Made by a program: the position numbers and the translations under genes. Below are positions 38,507-49,170 of a stretch of DNA of 64,000 nucleotides, one piece after another. The stretch is from an uncultured Gammaproteobacteria bacterium (GTDB lineage Bacteria > Patescibacteriota > Patescibacteriia > SG8-24): the NCBI GenBank assembly GCA_964486995.1, contig CAZAOV010000001.1, forward strand, positions 95,168 through 159,167, given 5' to 3'. Position 1 is the stretch's first letter. Each line of letters opens with the position of its first letter. The notes under the pieces are model-generated. The model did no database searches and had not been told where the DNA came from. It was given only the letters and a program-made list of their open reading frames with translations.

Positions 38507-38914
38507 TTACAACCCGGACTTAATGGCCGCAGCTAATTCCCCTATCTCGTCTTCGGTCATATCGAGTTTCGGCCAATGGCTGAGGCCGTCTCCGTCGTAG
38601 CGCGGAATCATGTGCACGTGAGTATGGAACACCAGCTGCCCGGCGGCAGCGCCTTTGTTGACGATTATATTGTAACCTTGCGCATCTAGTTTCTTTTCGG
38701 CGGCTTCGCCTAGGCGTCCTACCGCGCTGAAGATATGCGACATGGTTACTGTATCTACATCAGCGATGTTTTCGCTGTGTTCCTTCGGTATAACCAGCAA
38801 GTGCCCGCGGCTGGCTGGAAAAATATCCATGAACGCCAACACCTGATCGTCCTCGTAAACTTTCTTGGACGGAATTTCTCCGGTCACGATTTTGCAGAAA
38901 AGACAGCCTGACAT
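38507..38914 (-). CDS. HIT-family (histidine triad) nucleotide hydrolase.
   Basis: 'CLFCKI' zinc-ribbon-like start and the 'HTHVHMIP' histidine triad. Confidence 0.85.
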   Translation of the reverse strand: MSGCLFCKIVTGEIPSKKVYEDDQVLAFMDIFPASRGHLLVIPKEHSENIADVDTVTMSHIFSAVGRLGEAAEKKLDAQGYNIIVNKGAAAGQLVFHTHVHMIPRYDGDGLSHWPKLDMTEDEIGELAAAIKSGL

Positions 38915-39040
38915 ATTTCAATATATATTTATGACTTTCGTAATTAGCCAACACCGAGAGATCTCTTTGCCCCCTGTGGTGGCCCTCTGCAAAGGGGAGA
39001 CCCGTTCCACTAGGGTCGGTAATAAACAAAAGCCACAGTA

Positions 39041-39478
39041 TTATTCTTTCTTAACCGGCCTCGGACCACCGACAACCGAATGAATCGAACCAACCACAAC
39101 CAGCGCAGCGGCCACACCCATTGCGATAGTCAGCATCAGATGTTCGTCCAACTGAGCAAAATAAGCTTGGGCAAACAGCACGACTAACGTGGCTATCGCA
39201 CACCCAGCCAGCGCGAACAATATAAGACGCCATGCGGAACGCTCATAAACCGGTCCGAGCATGGACATCGCACCAAAAATCACCAGCGCCACCACTAACC
39301 GCTGCGGCGAAATATGATTGAAAAACAAGCCAGGGTAGATAGTCTCGGCCGCCGCACCACAAGTCACCAAAATAAAAGCCACCACAAAACCAACCCGTCC
39401 CAAATCAGCGATATACACAAAAAATTCGCGTATCGCCACCAGTTCCTCTTCTAGATATTGTTGCGTCTCGATATCCAT
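39041..39478 (-). CDS. Hypothetical 4-TM small membrane protein.
   Basis: Hydrophobic ORF, with a 2-nt gap to the upstream gene. Confidence 0.4.
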   Translation of the reverse strand: MDIETQQYLEEELVAIREFFVYIADLGRVGFVVAFILVTCGAAAETIYPGLFFNHISPQRLVVALVIFGAMSMLGPVYERSAWRLILFALAGCAIATLVVLFAQAYFAQLDEHLMLTIAMGVAAALVVVGSIHSVVGGPRPVKKE

Positions 39479-39479
39479 A

Positions 39480-41027
39480 CTATTCTACTTCTTCGCTATA
39501 GCTCCAGCCATCGGATAAAATCACGGCTGTCTCGCGGTCCGTAACCTGCCAACCCAACTCATCCAACAAACCTATGATGCCTTCAATCCAGCCGACTGGA
39601 TCGCGGAAAAAAATGAATTTCACCGATTCCAACGCCAAGTCTTTTCTGGTAACCCCGATGCCGGGTGCGGAAATCGCGAAACGATATTCCCCATCCTCGG
39701 TAGTCGCCAGTCTAGAAACTTCAAACGTCGCTTCCGCCACCGTGGTATCAACTGCCATTTTAGGCGACTCATATTCGGTCAAGATGAAATCAATTCCACT
39801 GCTCGCCAAATCATCGGCGTTCATATACCAATCTAGCTGCATGGGCAAAGGATTGAAATAATCATCGGGCGATAAGGCGAACACGCCGTCGGTCTCTAAT
39901 AGCACATCGCGCTTGGGCGAGATTATTTCGAACGGACCGCCCCCCTTATCGAGCCAGGAAAAATATCGCGTATGCGGTTCTCGCAAATCAACTTCCCATT
40001 TATCTACTTTGACCTTCTGCAGTGCTTCCTCATGTGCGGTTCGTGCGACCATAGAACGACCACCAACAAATACAGTCACCGGCAAAGTTTGGTCGCTATA
40101 ACCGACATGGTCGCCCAAATACAGTCGGTTCAAGAACACAAATTTATTCTGCCGCGTAGAAAGCTCGCGAATAAAAACATCTCCCGACGCAGTGAACTCG
40201 ATACGGTACAACCCGCTGATGGGATACGGAAGCGTTAACGACACATTTCGCAAGCCAGAAGATTTTTGATTGTCCTTAGTATTGCCGTCATCTTCAAGCA
40301 CAGTACGCGCCACCGCATCTTGCTCTCCCTCACGATACACCGACAACGTCACCGGATCCGCACCCTCCTGCCGGTTCATGTCCTGAACCTTGAACGAAAA
40401 AGATAGCGGCTCCTGCTCGACGTAGGTCAAGATGCGATGATTGCCGCGCAACGAGACCACCCGTGATTTCGGCTCATCTAGAGTGATATGACTGGACATT
40501 TCATGGGGCCACGAAATCACGGTGCGGTACATCGCCACTCGAGACGAATCAGGTGGCTCACGCAGAAAACTGTCCACGCTGTTGTAAATCTTTTTCCGCT
40601 GCAGCAATGTGACGTCACCGCTAGTGATTCGCGGCCATGACAATGAGTCCACTAGCTGATTTTCCGCTGGTCGCATGTCAAACTGGCCATCTAAACGATT
40701 GGCTAGCGCTCCGATTTCCACCAACGACTGACCGCGATTCCGATAGCGGGCTACCACGGTTACGTTCTCAAACTCTGACGGTGGTCGCACATCAAAATAA
40801 ATCGGATCTCCAACCACTCGGTACGGCGGCCCTGCTTCCAACTCCAGGCGCTGACTTGGCTTGGGTTCAGAAATGTACGGCGAAGGGTCAGTAATGTCGG
40901 TACGTGCTGTGAGATAGCCGTCCGGGGAAACGGCCGCCGAGATAATCCGCATTAAAGCCGCGATGACTACCACCACCGCAATTATGCGAATCGCAATCAT
41001 GAATCTTATATCCGGCTTTTTATTCAT
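39480..41027 (-). CDS. Hypothetical signal-anchored extracytoplasmic protein (~515 aa). Start chosen at 'MNKKPDIRFMIAIRII'; the longer ORF runs to 41081.
   Basis: N-terminal TM anchor followed by a large soluble domain. Sits between the GT-C gene and the small membrane protein. Confidence 0.45.
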   Translation of the reverse strand: MNKKPDIRFMIAIRIIAVVVVIAALMRIISAAVSPDGYLTARTDITDPSPYISEPKPSQRLELEAGPPYRVVGDPIYFDVRPPSEFENVTVVARYRNRGQSLVEIGALANRLDGQFDMRPAENQLVDSLSWPRITSGDVTLLQRKKIYNSVDSFLREPPDSSRVAMYRTVISWPHEMSSHITLDEPKSRVVSLRGNHRILTYVEQEPLSFSFKVQDMNRQEGADPVTLSVYREGEQDAVARTVLEDDGNTKDNQKSSGLRNVSLTLPYPISGLYRIEFTASGDVFIRELSTRQNKFVFLNRLYLGDHVGYSDQTLPVTVFVGGRSMVARTAHEEALQKVKVDKWEVDLREPHTRYFSWLDKGGGPFEIISPKRDVLLETDGVFALSPDDYFNPLPMQLDWYMNADDLASSGIDFILTEYESPKMAVDTTVAEATFEVSRLATTEDGEYRFAISAPGIGVTRKDLALESVKFIFFRDPVGWIEGIIGLLDELGWQVTDRETAVILSDGWSYSEEVE

Positions 41028-42675
41028 CCAACTGTTCAAATTTATACAGAGTTTTGTCGCCGACGTTCGCCATCGGTTCAACAGTCAAACCCAGCGGAGG
41101 CAGCTTGTCGGTCTGCAGCCATTGTACGTCATAATCCGGCAAAGTAAGACCGAAATAATAAGTCGGTCTTATGCGAACCGCTTCGGGTAACAGTTCATAG
41201 GTTTTTGCGGTTCGAAGCGGATACAGCACTGAACGATACGGATACAAATACTTATCGGCCCGATCAACTACTATTAACGAATCGTACTCGGTCAACTCAA
41301 AAACCATCTCGGCTTCCGTTTTGTATTTTAGCAAGTTGTCGCGCACTGCGGACAGCCCCTCCCCCTTTGAGGAAAATATCGTACCTATCGACGCAACAAT
41401 GACGGCGAAGAGCGCAATATATGCAACGCACTTACCGGGCTTACCCCTCTTTAGCAGCGAATCCATCGCCAGCGCGACCGGAAGCGTGGACAACACGAAC
41501 AACGGCAACCAATAACGCAGATATGATGAACCCAGACTAACGGCTGTCGGATCCGGACTATCCTGAATATGCCAGCTACCGTACAGCGGAATCATCCATG
41601 CGGCTATAGCCAGACCGGCGGCCAAAAAAACCTTCGAGTCCGGCAAGAGGCGGCGGCGGCGATAAACACCGACGGCCAAATATATAACCGCCGCTGCAAC
41701 AGCAACCGTCCACCACCACGCTAATCCCATACCATAGACCCAAAAATTGATCGCGGCGGTACGCGGCGCAAAGCCGAGCGGAAAAAACGCCGGCCGCAAC
41801 GGACCCAATATCCGGGCGCCCAAGCCGCCATGCGGGTCACCGCCTACAGTCGCGACCACATCACCATATCCGGTGGCAAATATACTGCCGTACAACGACT
41901 GATTCATTATCAAAAACGGCGCTAAAGTCAGCATGGCAAAAACCATACACAACACCACCCTACCCCAAACCACCCGACGCCAAGCCAGCATCAGAAAGAC
42001 GACTGCTCCGGCTGCCAGCCAATACGCTGCCGCCGGCCGAACGGCCAATGCCAAACCCAAAAATATACCGGCAATAATTCCATCAGCTCGACGCAATACG
42101 CCCATGCCGCCGTACCCGTACAGTTCGGTAAACGCCGCCACCGGAGCGCGCAATAAAAAATACGCCGAAATCAACAACAAGGAAACGAGCAATACGTTCG
42201 GCATCATGGAACGAGAAGTCCAGTACCACCAAAATACGTTAGTCAGTAACAACAGTGCGGCCAACAACGCGGCCCGTAAACCGTAGTATCGCTTGACTAT
42301 CAACGACCACGCCAACACACCGAATAGCGCGAACACCGGAGTAAAAAACGGAAGCGCTCCCGTTCCGAAAACCTTGGCCAACCAGCCGTAGAGCATCGGC
42401 AAGCCCAAAAAACCGCCCGGCACCTGAAGACCGTCCACCACTTTGACGCTGCGCGGATGAATACGGTCGTCCAATCTAACGTTCAAATAATCAATCCGAT
42501 GCAGCTGCCCGTTACGTGCGACCTGTTCGGCAAACACCGCATTAGAATTCTCGTCCGGTGAATTATAAATTCCCGGAACAGACAGCGGCAAAAACGAATA
42601 CAAAAAAAAGAATACGACGCCGATGGCGGCGGCGCTGGCATATTTGAGCAATTGAACTGGTTTTATAGACGTCAT
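41020..42675 (-). CDS. GT-C-fold glycosyltransferase (PMT/ArnT-like, GT39/GT83-type).
   Basis: ~12-TM protein with a 'YNSPDENSN' DE motif in the first extracytoplasmic loop. Confidence 0.6.
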   Translation of the reverse strand: MTSIKPVQLLKYASAAAIGVVFFFLYSFLPLSVPGIYNSPDENSNAVFAEQVARNGQLHRIDYLNVRLDDRIHPRSVKVVDGLQVPGGFLGLPMLYGWLAKVFGTGALPFFTPVFALFGVLAWSLIVKRYYGLRAALLAALLLLTNVFWWYWTSRSMMPNVLLVSLLLISAYFLLRAPVAAFTELYGYGGMGVLRRADGIIAGIFLGLALAVRPAAAYWLAAGAVVFLMLAWRRVVWGRVVLCMVFAMLTLAPFLIMNQSLYGSIFATGYGDVVATVGGDPHGGLGARILGPLRPAFFPLGFAPRTAAINFWVYGMGLAWWWTVAVAAAVIYLAVGVYRRRRLLPDSKVFLAAGLAIAAWMIPLYGSWHIQDSPDPTAVSLGSSYLRYWLPLFVLSTLPVALAMDSLLKRGKPGKCVAYIALFAVIVASIGTIFSSKGEGLSAVRDNLLKYKTEAEMVFELTEYDSLIVVDRADKYLYPYRSVLYPLRTAKTYELLPEAVRIRPTYYFGLTLPDYDVQWLQTDKLPPLGLTVEPMANVGDKTLYKFEQLDE

Positions 42676-42833
42676 GCGATATGGAACTGCTTAGTTATTG
42701 AGCTAGCCGGCTCTTTCTTAGCAAGCGTTAAGCAAATCAACAGCTCAGCAACTCAGAAAACCTGGGCAAAGCACTAACAATGAACGTGTTTCTGACTGTC
42801 GCTTACATCTCATTAGTGCTGTTTTATCCGCAA

Positions 42834-43424
42834 TCACGTATGCAACCGCGACAGCACACTTACAATAGCCACCGCCAATGCAAGTGCTAGAGTACCCGCC
42901 GAAATCTCAACCAGCAAACTCACGTCCAGCCACAAGGCAAACAACAGCAGTGAGATTCCGCATACCTCAGTCACCATTTTGAGTTTACCCCAAAAATTGG
43001 CCGGCTCAATAATGCCCTTTCGCTGGCGCACCCAAGCGCCGATGATCATAACCGATTCGACTGCGAGTAAAGCCATACCAAGCGCATAGTTGATGTGCTG
43101 CAGAACCACCAAAAACAATACTGCGCCAATCAGCATCTTATCGGCCAAGGGGTCGTATTTAATGCCCCATTCGGTAACCTGTCTGCGCACTCGCGCCATT
43201 GACCCGTCCAGAGCATCGGTCAACGCCGCAAAAATAAATAGTGGCACACCGATGTGATATGCCTGCACATGCAAAAAATACAAGACCACCGGTATCATCA
43301 GCATGCGGAACACAGTAACGTGATTCGGATGAACCGCTTGTGGCATAAACGGATCAATCGCACGCCTATAGACCTTGTCGTGCGGCAGCAGTCGGATATT
43401 TTTGTTCCACTTATCGCCAAACAT
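42834..43424 (-). CDS. CDP-alcohol phosphatidyltransferase.
   Basis: 'DALDGSMARVRRQVTEWGIKYDPLADK' matches D-G-x2-A-R-x8-G-x3-D-x3-D. Confidence 0.8.
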   Translation of the reverse strand: MFGDKWNKNIRLLPHDKVYRRAIDPFMPQAVHPNHVTVFRMLMIPVVLYFLHVQAYHIGVPLFIFAALTDALDGSMARVRRQVTEWGIKYDPLADKMLIGAVLFLVVLQHINYALGMALLAVESVMIIGAWVRQRKGIIEPANFWGKLKMVTEVCGISLLLFALWLDVSLLVEISAGTLALALAVAIVSVLSRLHT

Positions 43425-43449
43425 GGAGATTATTTGCTATCCTATCCTC

Positions 43450-45654
43450 ATGGAGGTTGAATGTCCCAACAACAAGTATATCCTGTTTGCTGCCGTCTTT
43501 ACAGCAGTCGGTACTATAGCGGTATTCCTCCCCGCATCCCTGTGGCTGCGAATTTTTTTGGTTACCCTTTACTTTATTGGCAACGGTTATGTAATCGGTC
43601 GCATTACGCTAGCCGAGGAGCGCTTGGCGATCCGGGCACTGATTGGTTTTTTGATGCACGTGGCGGCTCTAATGATTGTGGGCAGTGCGGTTTATCTATT
43701 CTATCGCTTGAACCTAGCGGCAACAGCGGCGGTAATTATCTTAGCTCCGCTTCTGACCATACTGACCATGCGGCTGAACAATTGGCTAATCAGCCGCAAT
43801 ACAGTCAGCCTGAACGCAATAAAAACGCAACCTGAAACAGAAAAAAATAATTATGAAAATGTTCTAGCGATTATCGGAGTGATTCTGTCTATCGCCTTTT
43901 TTGCTTTTGCTGTGTACGGGCTCGGGCTGCTGGACGGCGCAACGACCGAGCTATCCATCAGATCACCTTGGGACTACGTGCCGCGACTGTTTTTTATTGT
44001 GATATTTGCAGTGGCGGCTGGCACCTTTGCCATGTCCGCCGGACGCTTGGCCGGTGCGGCCACTCTCCTACCGCTTGCCGGACTCTCGGTGCTGACCACC
44101 TCCGTTGCCGCCACGGTGTATGCCATCGGTTTCGGCTTTGATCCGTTCATTCACCAAGCCACGGAAAATCACATTTTCACTTACGGCGAAATGACCCCCA
44201 AACCGCCATATTATTTGGGGCAGTACGCTTTCATTACGGTTCTAGCTCGAATGACGGGCGGTCATGTCAACCTAATAGATACCTGGCTGGTTCCGCTGGC
44301 GTTCGCGTTAGTGATTCCGGTCGCTTATTGGTCATTACGCCGTTCGTTCAATTGGGACAGTCCGCTTGCCGCCGCGGCGTGCATACCCCTACTGGCACTG
44401 CCACTGTCGTCATTTGTAATGACCACACCACAAGGACTAGCAAATACGCTGCTGTTGATTACTACTTTTATGCTGATGGTGAGTGCGACCACGGACCGTA
44501 TTCGCCGTCTAGTTCCGGCGATGCTGGCCGTGGCCACCATAACGATACATCCGTTAGCCGGTGTGCCGCTGTTGCTTTTTGTGGCTATGGTGGCATATCT
44601 ACGCGCCTCGAATCGCCTGCGGAATCACCCGGAGATTCGCTGGGCCTTTTTTATGAAGCTGACTATCGTGACCTGCATCGCCTTGCCGGTAATGTTTATC
44701 GTTAATTCACGACTGTCGGACACTGGCGTGACATTGGACCAGGACACCATCCGAACTCCGGCCGCAATTATGGAACAGCTGAAAAATCCTGAACTGGAAA
44801 CGCGTCTATTTTCAGCGGCTCTGGACTTCGTTTATTTCTGGCGCACCAGTCGCACCGCGATTTGGGCTACGCTTGCCGCTGTCGGCGTGGCACTGCTCTG
44901 GTTTGCTGGTCGTAGAAAAGAAAACGATTTGATGTATGAGGCGGCAATCGCGTTTGGTGCCGGGGCAATCGCCTTCTTTGTGAATTACGTTTTACTAAGA
45001 GCTTGGGTGCGCTTCCCGTTCCTGATTGACTACGAAAGAACCAACTATGCCGATCGAATAGCTGATTTGGCTTTATTTATCGCCGCCCCACTCGCTCTTT
45101 ATGCGGTTGGACGATTCATTCAGCGCATGCGCAAGTACGGCTTCCCCACCCTAACGGCTGCCATGATTTTGTTGGTCGCGGCAATAATCGTGGCCAATAC
45201 TTACATCGCCTATCCACGACGCGACCGGTATGAATCTAGCCGCGGCTGGTCAACAAGCGCGTCCGACGTAAAAGCAGTGCAAACTATCGACAATGACTCA
45301 TCTGATGAGAATTATGTGGTTCTCGCGAATCAATCGGTTTCCGCTGCCGCTATCCGTGAGTTGGGTTTCAAAAAATATTACGAATCGAACGACGAAGAAA
45401 ACCTCGAGCCGGTTTTCTTCTACCCCATCCCAACCGGAGGTCCGCTCTATGAAATATTCCTGGACGCCAACGAACAGAGCGGAGCGACGGAGGCGATTCA
45501 GGAAGCCATGAATCTAGTGGGCGTTGATGTCGCATATTACGTAGTGAATCACTACTGGTGGCAGGCGCAACAAATCGTTATCAAGGCAAAAAAGGAAGCG
45601 GATTCGTGGTGGGAAATTGATGACAAGGTCTGGGTATTTAAATACTCCAAATAG
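43450..45654 (+). CDS. Large (~735 aa) polytopic membrane protein with >12 TM and a C-terminal soluble domain. Putative glycan polymerase/transferase. Start uncertain (ORF opens at 43375 but overlaps the divergent gene).
   Basis: Hydrophobicity pattern only, with no diagnostic motif. Embedded in the glycan locus. Confidence 0.4.
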   Translation: MEVECPNNKYILFAAVFTAVGTIAVFLPASLWLRIFLVTLYFIGNGYVIGRITLAEERLAIRALIGFLMHVAALMIVGSAVYLFYRLNLAATAAVIILAPLLTILTMRLNNWLISRNTVSLNAIKTQPETEKNNYENVLAIIGVILSIAFFAFAVYGLGLLDGATTELSIRSPWDYVPRLFFIVIFAVAAGTFAMSAGRLAGAATLLPLAGLSVLTTSVAATVYAIGFGFDPFIHQATENHIFTYGEMTPKPPYYLGQYAFITVLARMTGGHVNLIDTWLVPLAFALVIPVAYWSLRRSFNWDSPLAAAACIPLLALPLSSFVMTTPQGLANTLLLITTFMLMVSATTDRIRRLVPAMLAVATITIHPLAGVPLLLFVAMVAYLRASNRLRNHPEIRWAFFMKLTIVTCIALPVMFIVNSRLSDTGVTLDQDTIRTPAAIMEQLKNPELETRLFSAALDFVYFWRTSRTAIWATLAAVGVALLWFAGRRKENDLMYEAAIAFGAGAIAFFVNYVLLRAWVRFPFLIDYERTNYADRIADLALFIAAPLALYAVGRFIQRMRKYGFPTLTAAMILLVAAIIVANTYIAYPRRDRYESSRGWSTSASDVKAVQTIDNDSSDENYVVLANQSVSAAAIRELGFKKYYESNDEENLEPVFFYPIPTGGPLYEIFLDANEQSGATEAIQEAMNLVGVDVAYYVVNHYWWQAQQIVIKAKKEADSWWEIDDKVWVFKYSK

Positions 45655-45664
45655 GAATAGCCTC

Positions 45665-45726
45665 ATTTAAAAAATCGTCAGACAGTTTTTCGCTCTAAGA
45701 CGAAAAACTGTCTGACGATTTTTTAA
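45665..45726. terminator. Long perfect hairpin (~22-bp arms, AAAAATCGTCAGACAGTTTTTCG / CGAAAAACTGTCTGACGATTTTTT). Bidirectional terminator.
   Basis: Inverted repeat with flanking A/T runs, between convergent genes. Confidence 0.75.
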
Positions 45727-45744
45727 ACGGTCGTCAACATCTGA

Positions 45745-46959
45745 TTAGTTCCCATAAACGCTCTCTAGCGTGGAAACGTGTGATTCTGTCGTCATTTTTT
45801 TAGCCGTGTTCAGCGCTCTTTCTCCTAATTCATTATTGCCTTTTATGGCTCGACTAAGCGCCTCAAGCAAGCTGTCTGCATGACCCGACTCAAAAATAAA
45901 ACCATTCTCACCATCCCGCACTAACTCGGGAATACCGCCGACATCGGCAGCGATAACCGGCACACCGCGACTGAAAGCCCCCAAAATTACCATAGGAGCG
46001 TTTTCGATGACCTTCGAAGGCACGACCAGGTATGCGGCCTCGGCATAATGCTTGTTCAGTCCAGCACCGTATATCGGACCTTCGAATTTAGTTCCATCCA
46101 TCGATTCCATTCTGGCCTTTACTTTATGCCTCAGGGAGCCGTCACCGATCACGTGCAGAACCGCATCACCCCGCTCTCCCCACTTCTCCCAAGCTTCCAG
46201 CAAATTCATCACACCCTTATGTTCCTCCAGCTGCCCGATAAAAATAAAATCCTTTGCCCCCCTAACTCCCTGAACCCCCACTCCCTCCACGGGATTCCTC
46301 AACACCACCTTGGTCGATTTCGGAAAAAAACCAAATCGATTATGCAACTGTTTCGAATGCTCCGACGGAAACAACACCACGGACGGCGACCCCATCATTA
46401 CTTTCATCAGCCAGATATAAATCCACTCGTGCGGCCAGTGCGGTCGCCAATTTACCGGCAATAGCCCTGACGGATGAAGTAGCTGCACGTCATGCACGGT
46501 ATGCACGTGCCGAATCTGCATCTTCCAAATTAAATTAGGGATGGTAAATCCTAAGCCCATCAAATTGTGAGTATGCACCACATTAGGTCGATAAGCCTTG
46601 ATGATTTTTTTCAGCTGCTCGGCCGACCGCCAATTAAAAATATCCAGCCAGTGCCAAACCAACCGCCCGAGCCATGACTTGCCTTCCAAGTCCGTATAGA
46701 AGCAGCTGTTGGGCGGATAGTATGTAAAGTGCCCCACCTCGTTCTCACTGGAACTGAAGCCGATTGCACTACCGCACAGATCATCGGGAAGTCCAGGCGA
46801 ACAAACACCGGCCGATAGCGTGTCAGATTCAGAAACCCCACTCACCACAACCACATCATGACCGCGCTCACGTAAGGCGTTTGCTTCTATCTCAACCACG
46901 CGCTCGGCGCCCCCACGTGCGTGAAAACCGTATAAATTTGAAACTAATAATATCTTCAT
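45745..46959 (-). CDS. Glycosyltransferase family 4 (GT-B).
   Basis: 'KILLVSNLYGFHARGGAERVV' N-domain and a C-terminal EX7E-type region. Confidence 0.75.
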   Translation of the reverse strand: MKILLVSNLYGFHARGGAERVVEIEANALRERGHDVVVVSGVSESDTLSAGVCSPGLPDDLCGSAIGFSSSENEVGHFTYYPPNSCFYTDLEGKSWLGRLVWHWLDIFNWRSAEQLKKIIKAYRPNVVHTHNLMGLGFTIPNLIWKMQIRHVHTVHDVQLLHPSGLLPVNWRPHWPHEWIYIWLMKVMMGSPSVVLFPSEHSKQLHNRFGFFPKSTKVVLRNPVEGVGVQGVRGAKDFIFIGQLEEHKGVMNLLEAWEKWGERGDAVLHVIGDGSLRHKVKARMESMDGTKFEGPIYGAGLNKHYAEAAYLVVPSKVIENAPMVILGAFSRGVPVIAADVGGIPELVRDGENGFIFESGHADSLLEALSRAIKGNNELGERALNTAKKMTTESHVSTLESVYGN

Positions 46960-48107
46960 CAGTCTTGCAGCAACTCAGCGGAAATCCGGTCCCATTTCTC
47001 AATGCGCCGCTGTTCTGAATATTCGTTTAATGCCATTTTTCGTCCAGCCTCACTTAATTCGTGGCACTTACGAGTATCATAAATAACGTCTTGCAGTCTA
47101 GCAGCGATACCAGAAACACTTCCAGGCATAGCCAAAAAACCTGTCTCTTCGGGTCGTACGATGGTTCGCACACCCGGTAAATCGCTCGCCACCACCGGCA
47201 CACCGCTCGACATGGCCTCAAGTGCGGCAATGCCGAAAGCCTCGGAACGGTCGATTGACGGAAATGCGAACACGCTCGCCAAAAGGTGGTGTGACGGCAG
47301 TTCTTCATCGCTTACCGGACCGGTAAAAATAACTCGGTCAGCCACGCCGTTCTCTTCTGCACGTTGCTTGTATTCCTCTAGCAGCGCGCCACCACCAACA
47401 ATTACCGCCTGTACTTCTTCTAGTCCGGAAACGGCCAGGGCGTCAATCAGATTATGCACCCCCTTAAAGTAATGGGCGCGATCCAGACCTCCGACAAAAA
47501 CGACCACTGGACGAGATAAATCCAATCCATATCGCTTCGCCAAATCAACTGGCGCGTCACCCGGCCGGAAACGTTCTGTATCGACAGCCGGCGGCAATTC
47601 ACGAAACAAACTTGGCTCGTTCAAAAAACGATCCTTCACCGCTGAAGACTGAGCGTAATCAAAGCTGGTGACCAAAATCCTATCAGCAGTTCGCAGTACG
47701 GACGGTCGAATCAACGCACCGTGCACTTTAAAGATTGTGCCGATCAGACCGGTACCGACAGTGTCCATATGATAATAAATCGCCAGCTTACGACATTGAC
47801 GCATCCACTTGACCAAGGCAACGAGTTCCGCTCCGCCGTAAAACGGATAATGCAGTACGACCAAGTCGTATCGCTTGCATATTCCGAATGCTCCGGGCAC
47901 CAAAGCGGCGTTGCCGTATTTTAACCATGGCTTCAACGATTTAACCGCATAACCCTCGGCTTCGCCATGCTCCTGACCAGGCACATACACATCCACTTCA
48001 TGACCTAACGCAGCCAACTGTCGTGCGTCTTGTTCCGCCACCACACACATTCCACCTCGATACGGCAGAAAGGTCGGGGTCACTACGGCGATTTTGTAAC
48101 CGGTCAT
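46959..48107 (-). CDS. Glycosyltransferase family 4 (GT-B).
   Basis: 'KIAVVTPTFLPYRGGM' plus the GT4 C-domain. 1-nt overlap with the downstream GT4 gene. Confidence 0.75.
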   Translation of the reverse strand: MTGYKIAVVTPTFLPYRGGMCVVAEQDARQLAALGHEVDVYVPGQEHGEAEGYAVKSLKPWLKYGNAALVPGAFGICKRYDLVVLHYPFYGGAELVALVKWMRQCRKLAIYYHMDTVGTGLIGTIFKVHGALIRPSVLRTADRILVTSFDYAQSSAVKDRFLNEPSLFRELPPAVDTERFRPGDAPVDLAKRYGLDLSRPVVVFVGGLDRAHYFKGVHNLIDALAVSGLEEVQAVIVGGGALLEEYKQRAEENGVADRVIFTGPVSDEELPSHHLLASVFAFPSIDRSEAFGIAALEAMSSGVPVVASDLPGVRTIVRPEETGFLAMPGSVSGIAARLQDVIYDTRKCHELSEAGRKMALNEYSEQRRIEKWDRISAELLQD

Positions 48108-48111
48108 ATGA

Positions 48112-49170
48112 CTACACGATTAAGCGTCTGATTATGGCCCAAGCAAAACCCATTAGAGGATTTGCGACAAAGTGAACGAATAAGCTGGTGCCTTCCTGGT
48201 CACGGATCTCGTAGGTGAAAAGTTCCATCACCTGCCGATCTCCAGCACATCGCAACGCGCCCACTCGATCACGCTCGCGCAACAAATGCTGCCAGACAAG
48301 TGGATTCATAAAATAGGTCATGGCTTTTATCTTCTTCGGCCACCAGCCGCCCCGCAACGCGGTCAGTGCCATCATGCTTTCGGCAGCTATCAAACTGGGC
48401 GCAATCAGCAACAAAGTCCAAAGACGCATATTTTTTATGAGCACAATATAACGATTGCGCTCCATGTAATACCACTTGCCTATACTGCGCGAGAATTCGT
48501 ACTTATGATATACCTTTGATTTCGGTGCCAACACATTTCGATAGCCGGCCAAACGTAGGCGCCAGCCCAAATCCAAATCTTCATGATAGATAAATAACTT
48601 TTCATCAAAAAGCCCAACGTGCTTTAAAGCTGAACAACGAAACAATACGCTGGCTCCGGCCGGGTAAGCGATGTCACGTACGGTTTCTGTATCTATTTCT
48701 TCGAGCTTGCGGCGATAGTCCTGACAGTAGCCAAAGCCCAAAAAATGAATCGCGTTTCCGGCGCTGTTCACCAATTCTCTTTCTGGGTGCAATAACAGCA
48801 GCGATTGAACCGAGCTGATGGCTTTATCCATTTCCATCACCTTAATCGCCTCCACCAAGAAATTCGGGTCAACTTCCGTGTCCAAATTCAATAAATATAC
48901 ATAATCATCGCCGTGTTCGATGGCTTCGCGCATGACGATATTGTTTCCGCCAGCAAAACCAAAATTACCGCCGGACGCTCGCGCTTCAACCCAGGGAAAC
49001 TTCTCTTTGATTGACTCCAGCGTTCCGTCCGTCGAACCGTTATCCAAAGCCACCACTCGCAAATCCAGACCGGTGCGGTCAATATTTTCGAGACTAGTAA
49101 AACACCCGCCCACAAATCGAGACGAGTTGTATGTAACCAAAATGATTGTCACCTTCTTGTTTGGCATCAT
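48112..49170 (-). CDS. Glycosyltransferase family 2.
   Basis: 'VTIILVTYNSSRFV' and DxD-containing GT-A motifs. Confidence 0.8.
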   Translation of the reverse strand: MMPNKKVTIILVTYNSSRFVGGCFTSLENIDRTGLDLRVVALDNGSTDGTLESIKEKFPWVEARASGGNFGFAGGNNIVMREAIEHGDDYVYLLNLDTEVDPNFLVEAIKVMEMDKAISSVQSLLLLHPERELVNSAGNAIHFLGFGYCQDYRRKLEEIDTETVRDIAYPAGASVLFRCSALKHVGLFDEKLFIYHEDLDLGWRLRLAGYRNVLAPKSKVYHKYEFSRSIGKWYYMERNRYIVLIKNMRLWTLLLIAPSLIAAESMMALTALRGGWWPKKIKAMTYFMNPLVWQHLLRERDRVGALRCAGDRQVMELFTYEIRDQEGTSLFVHFVANPLMGFAWAIIRRLIV

